Virus record (IMG/VR): IMGVR_UViG_3300009702_000017 | Location: 36,315-100,314 of that record | Origin: a virus | Length of the DNA stretch: 64,000 nucleotides | Direction: 5' to 3' (one strand) | In this document: in pieces, positions 54,731 to 63,576 of the stretch | How the letters are laid out: every line of letters starts with the position of its first letter | Numbering within the stretch: position 1 is the first letter of the stretch | Position numbers and translations under genes: made by a program | The notes under the pieces: generated by a model | The model's database searches: none | What the model was told of the DNA's origin: nothing | Seen by the model: the letters and a program-made list of their open reading frames with translations, nothing else

Positions 54731-56257
54731 ATGGACGAAAACACTACACTTCCTCCGAATCTCGCTACCCTGGCGCTCTCTGAAGCGAAGCAAGAAGCTT
54801 TGATTGGGCACATGCTTGTAGATGAACGCCTCTTCCGTGAATGCAAACCCCAGATCAAGCCTGAGTGGTTCGTGGGTGGATGGTCTGGTACGCTTTGGAA
54901 GGCGATGGTAGAATTCTGGGATCATCACGAAAAGTTCTGGACATTGCCTGAGCTAAAGGACAGTAAGTCCTTTCGAGTAGCTGATCAAGCTACTCGCAAT
55001 GGGTGTTATGCACACATTATCAGATGTCAAGGCAGAGTGGAAGAATTTTCTGCTAACATCTTGCTTGAAGAGTTAACGAACTGGCTTCAGGCCCGCATGC
55101 TGTACAACTCTGTGAAAGAGATTGAGGTACACTACCAAAAGGGACAATTCGATCAAGCTATTGGTGTGACAAGGCGGTTTGTGCGAGAAGTAGATCGAGC
55201 GAACTTCGGTGCGCAAGACAGACCTATCGACTTCACGGACTTCGGTTTCTTTGACGAAGAGGAAATTGAAGCACAGAATGCTCTCACGTTCGGAAACGAC
55301 GTGATGGACCAATTGCTTCTGAAAAAGAGGGTAGAGGGTGGTGGTGGTTTGGTCCGGGGTGACCTAACGGTAATCATCGCACCGACCAATGTAGGTAAGA
55401 CGACGTTCTGTACTACCATAGCACGCCACAATGTCATGCGCAAGAGAAACGTCTTGATGATCACCCATGAAGGTCGCAAGGGTGAGATCGTGGAGAAGTT
55501 CTGGTGTGGCTTTCTTGGCGTGAACGCAGCACAGCTTACCAAGATGCGTAGAACGCCAGAAGGTCACCGGAAGCTATTGGTAGCGGCCAAGATCATCAAT
55601 CGGTACTTCAAGTTTGTACCCATGGTTCATACTGGGCAGACAGTAGAAGAGGTAGTAGCCAAGATTCAGCGCTTGCAAGACCAACAGGTTGCGGAGTATG
55701 GTGAAGGCTTTGATTTGGTAGTAGACGACTACCCGGCGAAGCTGAATACGAATGCGTTCAAGAAGGGGTCTGAGCAATGGCGGCATAAGATTGAGGAAGC
55801 CTACCAATACTTTGCGGATCTTGGGCTGGAATACAATTGGCATACCGTAGCGCCTATCCAGACGAACCGTATTGGTAGTAAGGTGAATAAGCGCCAGAAG
55901 GGCGAAGAGAAGCGGCTTGTGACACTCGAAGATGTTGCGGAGTCCTATGGGTCTATGACGGTGGCGGCCAATATTGTCAGTTTGAATAGGAGTCCAGAGG
56001 ATGAGCGCAACAACATCGTCACCTTCTTGATTGATAAGAGCCGTGGCAACGCCAAGGGAGTCGCTGTCGTAACAAAATCAGCGTACGATAACGCTATTAC
56101 ACATGACAACAAACACGGGGCGGTCTGGTACTACGGACATTCCCACATGATGGACAATATTCGCACGGTACTGCTGTCCGACTACCGTGGTGATGTACAC
56201 GAATTCATTAGGGCTCATGCAAATCAGGAGCTACCGCTTGAGCTACAGGGCTTGTAA
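54731..56257 (+). CDS. dnaB: replicative DNA helicase (DnaB-like)
   Basis: IIAPTNVGKT, ITHE, VVDDY, QTNR, KSR. Confidence 0.88.
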   Translation: MDENTTLPPNLATLALSEAKQEALIGHMLVDERLFRECKPQIKPEWFVGGWSGTLWKAMVEFWDHHEKFWTLPELKDSKSFRVADQATRNGCYAHIIRCQGRVEEFSANILLEELTNWLQARMLYNSVKEIEVHYQKGQFDQAIGVTRRFVREVDRANFGAQDRPIDFTDFGFFDEEEIEAQNALTFGNDVMDQLLLKKRVEGGGGLVRGDLTVIIAPTNVGKTTFCTTIARHNVMRKRNVLMITHEGRKGEIVEKFWCGFLGVNAAQLTKMRRTPEGHRKLLVAAKIINRYFKFVPMVHTGQTVEEVVAKIQRLQDQQVAEYGEGFDLVVDDYPAKLNTNAFKKGSEQWRHKIEEAYQYFADLGLEYNWHTVAPIQTNRIGSKVNKRQKGEEKRLVTLEDVAESYGSMTVAANIVSLNRSPEDERNNIVTFLIDKSRGNAKGVAVVTKSAYDNAITHDNKHGAVWYYGHSHMMDNIRTVLLSDYRGDVHEFIRAHANQELPLELQGL

Positions 56258-56258
56258 A

Positions 56259-56267
56259 CTCGCTGTA
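56259..56267 (+). promoter_or_regulatory. phage promoter motif CTCGCTGTA
   Basis: Intergenic, upstream of GAGGAG. Confidence 0.65.
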
Positions 56268-56286
56268 TACCTAGAGAGGAGAAAGA

Positions 56287-56955
56287 ATGGACACACAAGA
56301 AGAAGTCGAGGAGCTAACCCTTATGGAGCAAATGGCACCATTGGCCCAGCGAGCAGCAGGCACACTTGGCACTGGTTACGATTTCGACAACCGGATCTTA
56401 TACGTTGTAGGAGACGTTGACGAAGCCATGTTCATGCGTGTGCTGGTTGGTCTGAATGCCCTTGAGGAAGAGGAGGGGCCAATTACGGTGATGCTTCATA
56501 GTGGAGGGGGAGAAGAACTTCCAGGGTATGGTATCTACGATGCGTTTCGGATGTTTCCATACCCTGTCGTCATTCAAGGTTTTGGCATTGTTGGATCGAT
56601 GGCATCCATTATCTTGCAGGCTGCTGACTATCGTGTGCTGACCAAGGAGTGTCAATTCCTGGTCCACAATGGAAGCATGACCTTTGGGGGGGTCACTGAT
56701 GGGATGTTTGTGTTGCCTTCCGAAAAGGCCATTTCAGTGGGTGCGGATGTAAAGAGGTCGGTAAATCGATACACCACAATCCTAGCTCGTCATACTCACC
56801 TTACTTTGAGTGAGGTACAAGAGATTTGTGGAAAGGACGAGTTCTTGTCTGCCCGCCAAGCCCTTAAGCTAGGGTTCATTGACAAGATCGCACCGACACG
56901 CAAGAAGTTCGAGATCGCTAAGAAGCGCAAGAAGACCAAGAAGAAGGAGAAGTAA
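56287..56955 (+). CDS. clpP: ClpP-like protease
   Basis: RILYVVGDVD, HSGGG, IYD, GSMASIILQA, FLVHNG. Confidence 0.88.
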   Translation: MDTQEEVEELTLMEQMAPLAQRAAGTLGTGYDFDNRILYVVGDVDEAMFMRVLVGLNALEEEEGPITVMLHSGGGEELPGYGIYDAFRMFPYPVVIQGFGIVGSMASIILQAADYRVLTKECQFLVHNGSMTFGGVTDGMFVLPSEKAISVGADVKRSVNRYTTILARHTHLTLSEVQEICGKDEFLSARQALKLGFIDKIAPTRKKFEIAKKRKKTKKKEK

Positions 56956-57593
56956 TGCTAGTGGTCGCTACTGCAAAGAAGACGTTCGCTTGGCTCAAGA
57001 GCCCAAAGGGGAGGGGAGTAGCTATCGTACTTGGCATCCTATTGCTCTTCGGAGTCGGATACGCTGTTGGTCGCTATGCTGCTCCTACGAAGACTGTCGT
57101 GACAACTCAAACAAAGGTTGTAACGCAAGTAAAGGAGCACGTCATTGTGAAGCATGACGTTCAAGTCAAGATGGTAGCACATAAGGTGTATATTCGTGCA
57201 AAAGCCCAGAACACGCACACCGTAACAGAGACTACGAAGAAGCCAGACGGAACCGTCGTGACCAAGACGACGACTGATACTAGCTCTAGCGACGTTACCG
57301 CCAACACCGAAGGAAAGAAGACGGAGGCAGCTTCGCATACAGTCGCAGACAAGACAGAAGAGAAGAAGCAGGTAGCCACCAAGAAGACTAAGAAAGTGGT
57401 TGAGAACAATAGACCAAACTGGGCTATATCTCCTATGGTAGGAGTCAATCTGAGTGGTCTTAAGCTGACCAATCCTGTTTTCAAGCCAGTGTTCGGGTTG
57501 CAGGTTGAGCGACGGATCGTCGGGCCCTTTAGTGTGGGTGCATGGGGATTGTCCTCTGGTCAGGTAGGCGTAGAGCTTACGGTCCGTTTCTAG
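56955..57593 (+). CDS. membrane-anchored hypothetical protein
   Basis: N-terminal TM, Thr/Lys/Val-rich stalk, C-terminal amphipathic beta strands ending in F. Confidence 0.7.
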   Translation: MLVVATAKKTFAWLKSPKGRGVAIVLGILLLFGVGYAVGRYAAPTKTVVTTQTKVVTQVKEHVIVKHDVQVKMVAHKVYIRAKAQNTHTVTETTKKPDGTVVTKTTTDTSSSDVTANTEGKKTEAASHTVADKTEEKKQVATKKTKKVVENNRPNWAISPMVGVNLSGLKLTNPVFKPVFGLQVERRIVGPFSVGAWGLSSGQVGVELTVRF

Positions 57594-57601
57594 GAGACAC
57601 A

Positions 57602-58315
57602 ATGACTGAAAATCCGACTTTTACAGAGCTTGAACTGAAGTACCTCGTGAAGGCTACCCCTAATCTATTGGAGGAAGACATGGGAAAGCCGACTCCACAG
57701 ATTTCGGCCTACAGCTTTGTTCGTTACGTTTTGGCTCATACCGAGGAAATCTTTAAAAAGTTGATCGTTGTAGATGGGCCAGATACCTACTATAGCCATC
57801 CCGATGGGCGTGTGGTACGTCATCGGCATGATGCTGGGGGAACTCATATTGACGAACTCACGGTCAAGATGCGTAACTCCGAGACTTCAGTGGTAGACCG
57901 GGTAGAGGTGGATCTGAAGCTTGGAGAAAAGATCAAGCCAGATGACGTAAGGGCATTCCTAGCTACCCTTGGGTTTGAAGAAGAAATGATCCTGATGAAG
58001 CATGCCCATATTATTTGGATAGAGGGGAACGGTATTCGCGGTACTAGTGGTAGAGTTCCAGGTGTTACGCTATGCATCTACAACGTCACACCAATTGTGA
58101 GAAACTACATCGACTACGGAAAGACCAAGTATTTTATCGAAGTTGAAATCGACAAGGAAGAGAACAACCTACCCGCAGCGATGGAGACGCTGAGTAAGTG
58201 GAAGGAGCGTTTGGAAAAGTGGTATGCTGGGAAAATTGAACAGAGTGATTTGTCACTCTACGAAATCTATTCGGGCAAGAAGTACCGAATCGTATCAAAG
58301 GACATCAAGCTGTAA
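57602..58315 (+). CDS. CYTH-domain (triphosphate tunnel metalloenzyme) protein
   Basis: ELELKY, RHR, ELTVK, EVDL, FIEVEI. Confidence 0.78.
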   Translation: MTENPTFTELELKYLVKATPNLLEEDMGKPTPQISAYSFVRYVLAHTEEIFKKLIVVDGPDTYYSHPDGRVVRHRHDAGGTHIDELTVKMRNSETSVVDRVEVDLKLGEKIKPDDVRAFLATLGFEEEMILMKHAHIIWIEGNGIRGTSGRVPGVTLCIYNVTPIVRNYIDYGKTKYFIEVEIDKEENNLPAAMETLSKWKERLEKWYAGKIEQSDLSLYEIYSGKKYRIVSKDIKL

Positions 58316-58332
58316 CCAACCTTGGAGATACA

Positions 58333-58509
58333 GTGATCAAGAGTGAACTACGAGAAACCATCGAGAGTGTACTGACCGAGGAGACCAACTTTGAGGATGA
58401 CACAATTGCATACATCACCGACATCCTAGTGAATCGAATTGAGAGTGATTGTGAAGTAGAGGTGTATGATGACGAAGAGGCATTGCCAAGCGAAGCAGAG
58501 GAGTGGTAG
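58333..58509 (+). CDS. small acidic hypothetical protein
   Basis: GGAG RBS and GTG start; hand-translated VIKSELRETIESVL... Confidence 0.55.
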   Translation: MIKSELRETIESVLTEETNFEDDTIAYITDILVNRIESDCEVEVYDDEEALPSEAEEW

Positions 58510-58510
58510 A

Positions 58511-58798
58511 ATGGACTCGCAACGCACAAGAGTAAAGCTACAAAACGGATCTACGCGCTATCGACACGTACTTGCTAGTGAGGAGTGTGCACCAGACGGA
58601 ATGAGGTCGGATTTTCTACGCTTCGAACTCATCCGTTTACTCGTTGACACACCAGACCTAGCCGCTTGTGGTCCAGTATTTTTCAATAGACTCCTCATTA
58701 GGCATGATGGATCGAAGTGGGTAGCCGAAATGGAAGCAACGGTCAAGGAAGAATCCAATGCCCAACAACAACACCAGTCACAGGAACACACGGGATGA
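58511..58798 (+). CDS. hypothetical protein
   Basis: ATG just after the upstream stop. Confidence 0.6.
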   Translation: MDSQRTRVKLQNGSTRYRHVLASEECAPDGMRSDFLRFELIRLLVDTPDLAACGPVFFNRLLIRHDGSKWVAEMEATVKEESNAQQQHQSQEHTG

Positions 58799-59075
58799 AC
58801 GTAAGGCGAAAGAACTCGCAGACCTACGCAGGGAAAATCAACAACTGCACCGTCAAGTAGCTAGACTACGAAAGGAACGAGACAGACTCCAGGAGCTAGT
58901 CGGAAAGCATGCAGATGAGCAGTTCTACTCACCTTTAACAAAAGAACCTAAGGCAAAGGTATTCGAGTGTGAGTGCGGTGGCAAAGGCTTCTTGACAATG
59001 ACGTTGCCAAGTGGTAAGGATGTAAGCTACTGTAGGGAATGCAAAACTAGAATCGAAAGGAAGGACAATGAGTGA
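58758..59075 (+). CDS. coiled-coil plus Zn-ribbon protein
   Basis: LRRENQQL..., CECG...CREC. Confidence 0.65.
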   Translation: MPNNNTSHRNTRDERKAKELADLRRENQQLHRQVARLRKERDRLQELVGKHADEQFYSPLTKEPKAKVFECECGGKGFLTMTLPSGKDVSYCRECKTRIERKDNE

Positions 59076-60069
59076 GTTTGGTGTACCAGTAGTCAAGATC
59101 GGGAAAATCGGTAAGCACCCCAACGCCGATCGGTTGGAGCTTACCCAGGTCGAGGGCGTTACCTGTGTTGTACAAGCTGGCCAGTGGAAGACTGGAGACA
59201 AGGCTGTCTACGTACCCGTGGACGCCATGGTGCCTCGGACAGACCAGTTCAGCTGGCTCTTTACCGAGGGCGACGACAAGGAACGCAAGCGAGTGTGTGC
59301 TGCACGTATTCGCGGCATTTTCTCTATGGGCCTTCTTGTCCCTGCGCCTGATGGTTTCGATGTTGGCCAGGACGCTGCTGCTGCACTAGACATTCTGAAG
59401 TACGAGGCTCCGACTCCAGCGTTCATGGGCGGTAAGGTGGATACCTTCCGCAACGGCAACTTCATTCCTGTCTACGGTGTGGAGAACTACTTCAAGTATC
59501 GGGATGTGATTCAGGCTGGTGAGATGGTTATCGTTACGGAGAAGATCCACGGCACAAACTCTCGGTTCATCTTTGACAACGACGGGCTTCATTGTGGAAG
59601 TCATCTGGTATGGTGGGCCAAGGATGCCGACACCAAGAATGTTTGGTGGCAGGTGGCTGAGCAGTACGATCTGGAGTCGAAGTTGATGCAGATCCCAAAT
59701 ATCGTGATTTACGGTGAGACCTACGGGGATGGCATCCAGGATCTCAAGTATGACCTGAAGGGAAAGTACGAGTTCGCCGTCTTCGATGCTTTCGATACCA
59801 TGGGGGGTCGATTCCTCACCTTTGATGAGCTTCGCAGCGTCTGCGAGGGCATCGGTCTTCCCATGATACCGAGTCTTTACTACGGTCCCTTTGACCCAGC
59901 CAAGATCGAGCCAATGAAGGATGGGGCGAGTACTCTAGCGAAGCACATTCGAGAGGGTATCGTCATCAAGTCCCTTGAGAACCGATTTGACGAGCGTCTT
60001 GGTCGAGTGATTCTCAAGGCCAAGTCTGAGGCATACCTCCTTCGGAAGAATGGGACGGAGTTCCACTAG
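59068..60069 (+). CDS. RNA ligase (DRB0094/Rnl5-like)
   Basis: HPNADRLE OB-like N-terminus, TEKIHGTN, FAVFD, REGIVIK, LKAKS. Confidence 0.9.
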   Translation: MSEFGVPVVKIGKIGKHPNADRLELTQVEGVTCVVQAGQWKTGDKAVYVPVDAMVPRTDQFSWLFTEGDDKERKRVCAARIRGIFSMGLLVPAPDGFDVGQDAAAALDILKYEAPTPAFMGGKVDTFRNGNFIPVYGVENYFKYRDVIQAGEMVIVTEKIHGTNSRFIFDNDGLHCGSHLVWWAKDADTKNVWWQVAEQYDLESKLMQIPNIVIYGETYGDGIQDLKYDLKGKYEFAVFDAFDTMGGRFLTFDELRSVCEGIGLPMIPSLYYGPFDPAKIEPMKDGASTLAKHIREGIVIKSLENRFDERLGRVILKAKSEAYLLRKNGTEFH

Positions 60070-60246
60070 ATGAGCTGGAAGTCCTTACTGTATGTTGCAA
60101 TCTGGATCCTTTGTGCTATAGTGATAAAGTACGAAGGATACCAGAGCATCCAGGGCGGTCTAGTGACTATTCTGGCATTCACGCTGTTCGCATTCTTCTA
60201 CGATGACGTGTTCAGGACTAGGAGCCAGCATGAGCAAGACGATTGA
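60070..60246 (+). CDS. small two-TM membrane protein
   Basis: Hand-translated MSWKSLLYVAIWILCAIVI...LVTILAFTLFAFF. Confidence 0.55.
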   Translation: MSWKSLLYVAIWILCAIVIKYEGYQSIQGGLVTILAFTLFAFFYDDVFRTRSQHEQDD

Positions 60247-60249
60247 AAG

Positions 60250-60507
60250 ATGACTGGCTTTAGGACGAGTTTGGCCAACTATCATACGGACCCAACAATC
60301 CTGTGGAAGGATAGAATGAAGGTTAGAACGCAAACAGAACATGACGAGATCAATGCTCGTGAGTATCCTGGCACACGACAGATGTGCGTATTTTGCGATG
60401 AGTCAACTGGTAGGTGTGAAGACGATGATCTCTATCTGTCCGATGGGCGTGGTCCACTCTGCGACGAATGCTACGATGGTCCTCTTGACAATGAGTCGAA
60501 GGACTGA
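60250..60507 (+). CDS. small Zn-finger protein
   Basis: CVFC...CDEC; start uncertain. Confidence 0.55.
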   Translation: MTGFRTSLANYHTDPTILWKDRMKVRTQTEHDEINAREYPGTRQMCVFCDESTGRCEDDDLYLSDGRGPLCDECYDGPLDNESKD

Positions 60508-60611
60508 TATAACGACAATAGACCCGTCCAGAAGCGTGTAGACACGCGCTACGGCAGTGGCAACCCCACTTTCAATCACGGGCTTCTTTTAACCCCTAGC
60601 GGAGAAGAACA

Positions 60612-61022
60612 ATGAACAAGTTCGGAGCTAATGCAGGAAGGCAGGGTCACAAGCGCGGTGAGAAGTCGCAGCGAAGTGGTGCCCCCAACAAGGGGGTTGC
60701 TGCGGCGAAGCGGGCACAGAAGCGCAAGGAGGCGCGTGAGCGCCAGAAGGCGTCTGATAAGCTGTCTCCCAAGGAGCGGCTGGCTCTCCTGGATTCTCGA
60801 CTGGGTGAGGGTCAGGGGGCTACCAAGGAGCGCAAGAAGCTTCAGGAGCGCATCGACAATCCGAACGCCTTTGCTGGCAAGGTCAAGAACAAGAAGAACA
60901 AAAAGAACTACCAGGACAAGCGTGGCAAGGGTCACCGTGCTCGTCAAAAGAAGCGTAAGAAGGTTCTAGACGAGATGGCCCGGGTCTCGCAGGAGATCGG
61001 TGGGTACAAGGAGATCGCCTAG
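60612..61022 (+). CDS. highly basic (Lys/Arg-rich) protein
   Basis: GGAG RBS; strongly biased codons. Confidence 0.75.
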   Translation: MNKFGANAGRQGHKRGEKSQRSGAPNKGVAAAKRAQKRKEARERQKASDKLSPKERLALLDSRLGEGQGATKERKKLQERIDNPNAFAGKVKNKKNKKNYQDKRGKGHRARQKKRKKVLDEMARVSQEIGGYKEIA

Positions 61023-61057
61023 TTCTCCACCTTCCTATTAGAAGCGGAGAAACGTTC

Positions 61058-61260
61058 ATGGCTATCGTAGGTAAGAGAAAACAGGGACCACCGGAAGAAA
61101 GGCCGGTGGTCCCCGTGGTCGCGATATGTCCGCACAGACATGGAGTCGTCTCGATAGGGCCTGTGAGAAGGTAGAACGTCAAGAAGCAAAGAGAGAAATC
61201 GAGGATCAAACGTTAGACCTTAGTGATAGTAGCGACAAGTACGAACCGAAGGAAATTTGA
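61058..61260 (+). pseudogene. small protein split by a -1 frame change beside a hairpin
   Basis: GGAG-led ATG 61058; one added base gives MAIVGKRKTGTTGRKAGGPRGRDMSAQTWSRLDRACEKVERQEAKREIE... Confidence 0.5.
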
Positions 61261-61532
61261 TGTCTAACTACCTGCTAAACTCAACGCCGTCTTATTCAGT
61301 TGGAAACATCTGGGGTAGATGTGATTCCTGTGGCGAAGGACTTAATGCTTTGTCGGAACCTGCTATATGCGAGGAGTGTCAGGGCCTTTTCCATCAAGAT
61401 TGCTTAAAGGAACACACTCACAAAAAGACAAGCGGTAGTGGATGCGAATGTGGTGTATTGAAGGTGTATGGATCATCAGCGACATCTGGTATGCACTCAA
61501 CGTGGTGTCGCATGTACTCAAAGGACGAGTAA
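61260..61532 (+). CDS. Zn-finger protein
   Basis: CDSC, CEEC, HQDC, CEC, HSTWC. Confidence 0.6.
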   Translation: MSNYLLNSTPSYSVGNIWGRCDSCGEGLNALSEPAICEECQGLFHQDCLKEHTHKKTSGSGCECGVLKVYGSSATSGMHSTWCRMYSKDE

Positions 61533-61542
61533 AGGAGATACG

Positions 61543-61809
61543 ATGAACGAAGAATGTTTGCACGCAGGGTTGAGGTTTAGTGAGAACGCTATGTCCATTC
61601 GGTGCCTGGATTGCCCTGCCGTGTGGTGGCCCATGGGGGATCTATATTCCGCACAGGCCGTGTCTTCTCTGGCAAACTACGGGCTTCGTAGTGCGGTCCT
61701 TGAACCCTCTCTGATTGACGGTGTTCTCACACAGGCCATCAAGGGGCGTTTCTACAAGAACGACGACAACGATCCGGTTCCAGCCGTTTTTGAGGAGGCT
61801 GCTGATTGA
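61543..61809 (+). CDS. hypothetical protein
   Basis: AAGGAG RBS. Confidence 0.6.
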   Translation: MNEECLHAGLRFSENAMSIRCLDCPAVWWPMGDLYSAQAVSSLANYGLRSAVLEPSLIDGVLTQAIKGRFYKNDDNDPVPAVFEEAAD

Positions 61810-62219
61810 TTAGCCTTTACACAGACGGTTCTAGCACCGGCAGAAGCAATCGCGAAGGTGGTTGGGGTGTCTGTGTAGCAAAGGACGATCAACTTTGGTT
61901 TGGAAGCTATGGAGGGCATACCAAAACCACTAGCAACGTAATGGAGTTGACGGCCGCGCTTCAAGCCCTTAAAATGATAGAGATGTACCGCCTGGATCTC
62001 ATAGATGCCATCGAGATCGTCTCCGATAGCCAGTACGTGATTGGTCTTGCCACTGGCCTCTTTACACCTAAGTCCAACAAGGATCTAGCGGTTCGAGTCA
62101 GGCACCTGACGGAAAAGTACAAGTGTCCTTTTCGCTGGACAAAGGGCCATGATGGTGATAAGTTCAATGAGTTAGCAGACAAGCTAGCGAAGAGAGGGAA
62201 GGAAGAACACCGTGAGTGA
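61806..62219 (+). CDS. rnhA: ribonuclease HI
   Basis: YTDGS, TSNVMEL.A, SDSQYV, WTKGH..DKFNELADKLA. Confidence 0.93.
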   Translation: MISLYTDGSSTGRSNREGGWGVCVAKDDQLWFGSYGGHTKTTSNVMELTAALQALKMIEMYRLDLIDAIEIVSDSQYVIGLATGLFTPKSNKDLAVRVRHLTEKYKCPFRWTKGHDGDKFNELADKLAKRGKEEHRE

Positions 62220-62355
62220 CAGAGACGACGAACTACTAGCAGCAATTGCCGCGCCTTGCGTATTCTGCTGCCACAGCGCCGTGTGCATCACCGGCTACAA
62301 AGTCTTTGAAGTCAATGTAGAGGCTGGTACTTTAGACCATGGAGGTGTGAAATGA
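62212..62355 (+). CDS. small hypothetical protein
   Basis: GTG start overlapping the rnhA stop; ends at the ATGA of the next gene. Confidence 0.4.
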   Translation: MSDRDDELLAAIAAPCVFCCHSAVCITGYKVFEVNVEAGTLDHGGVK

Positions 62356-62765
62356 AGAAGCTACTACTCGTTTTTGTTCTGGTGGCTGGGTGTGGTGGAT
62401 TTCCCGCCGTACAGCCAAAGACCCAAACCCCAATTGCTGACCAGTGCAACGAAATGGAGATGTTGATTCACAAGTGCACTGGATTTTCTATCGGTTTCAT
62501 TCAGGGGCTTGTGGATTGTAAGACGTTGGATCCTACTACCGTATGCACCGATGCGTCTAGTAGTATGTTCGTATCACTGATGGCAGCATGGGGGGTGACT
62601 CCACGTGGTCCCGTCTTCAACTCCGCTGTCATGGATGAGTGCATTGCCGAATCCGAAGCGTGGCAGTGTTCTGACTTTCGGGGCCGCAATCATCCGTCCG
62701 TATGCGAGTATGTGTGTACGAAGAAGCCAATTGACATGGCTAGCTGGGGTGGACCCGGAACCTGA
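62352..62765 (+). CDS. Cys-rich lipoprotein
   Basis: MKK, hydrophobic core, lipobox LVAGC; eight further Cys. Confidence 0.75.
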   Translation: MKKLLLVFVLVAGCGGFPAVQPKTQTPIADQCNEMEMLIHKCTGFSIGFIQGLVDCKTLDPTTVCTDASSSMFVSLMAAWGVTPRGPVFNSAVMDECIAESEAWQCSDFRGRNHPSVCEYVCTKKPIDMASWGGPGT

Positions 62766-62776
62766 AAGGAAGCGAG

Positions 62777-63076
62777 ATGACTGAAGCAATTTTGGATGAC
62801 TTGTCGGCTGCCAACAAGAGAATCGAGGAACTGGAGGCTGAAGTGAAGTGGGTCCGGGAGCGGGGGTTGCGAGCGATGGAGACCGCCATGCACCATATCG
62901 AGCAGGGCGGTTGCAACATGGACCTGACGATCGCGACTGGGGCGTGCGGTGACCTCGCACAGGAAATGCGCGGCAAGATCACCGGCTTCCCGGTGCCCAG
63001 CTACATCTTCGCCAAGCCGTGCGCCTGTTCGCTCTGCCGCTGGCGCGCCGAGGGCGTGGAGAGCGGCGCGCCGTGA
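62777..63076 (+). CDS. hypothetical protein, GC-rich 3' part
   Basis: RBS; stop overlaps the def start. Confidence 0.6.
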   Translation: MTEAILDDLSAANKRIEELEAEVKWVRERGLRAMETAMHHIEQGGCNMDLTIATGACGDLAQEMRGKITGFPVPSYIFAKPCACSLCRWRAEGVESGAP

Positions 63077-63576
63077 CCAAGATCGTCACCTATCCAGACG
63101 AACGCCTCCTTGAGCCTTGCGCGTGGGTGCCTTATGATGATGAAGGGGCAGTGATCGTAAAAGGGTTCCTAGCTCTTGCGCAGCCTGTGCTTGAGAGGAC
63201 ACAGGGACTAGCCGTAGCGGCCAACCAGATTGGCCTTTTGTACCGTATCGTCGCCCTCCCACACAGGCATTTTGTCAATCCGGTGGTCTATAGCCTGTTC
63301 GGAGAAAAGATACCTGTGAACGAGGGATGTCTATCTCTTCCAGGCGTATTCGAGTATGTTGAGAGATACCAGGGGATAGAGATTGAATGGACAGAGTTAG
63401 TTGATGGTGAGTGGAAGGAGCATCGCAAGTCCTACTTCTATGTCAATCCTAACCAGACGCTTTCACATATCCTTCAACACGAGATGGAGCACCTAGACGG
63501 CAAGCTGTTCCTGGACAATCTACCCAAGAATGCACGCAAGCGGGCCTATCGCAAGTACACGGAGAAGCACGGATGA
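63073..63576 (+). CDS. def: peptide deformylase
   Basis: GLAVAANQIG, EGCLSLPG, QHEMEHLDG. Confidence 0.95.
   Translation: MTKIVTYPDERLLEPCAWVPYDDEGAVIVKGFLALAQPVLERTQGLAVAANQIGLLYRIVALPHRHFVNPVVYSLFGEKIPVNEGCLSLPGVFEYVERYQGIEIEWTELVDGEWKEHRKSYFYVNPNQTLSHILQHEMEHLDGKLFLDNLPKNARKRAYRKYTEKHG

Noticed and set aside
627-60069. Genome-wide TAG reassignment (alternative genetic code) suggested by two in-frame ambers
   Set aside because: TAG is clearly a real stop in many genes: the MCP (followed by a terminator), the adaptor and resolvase (next ATG 3 nt later), and the RNA ligase (ATG immediately after).
62090-62099. GGTTCGAGTC resembling a tRNA T-loop
   Set aside because: It lies within rnhA, with no T-stem pairing or cloverleaf; no tRNA gene was found in the window.
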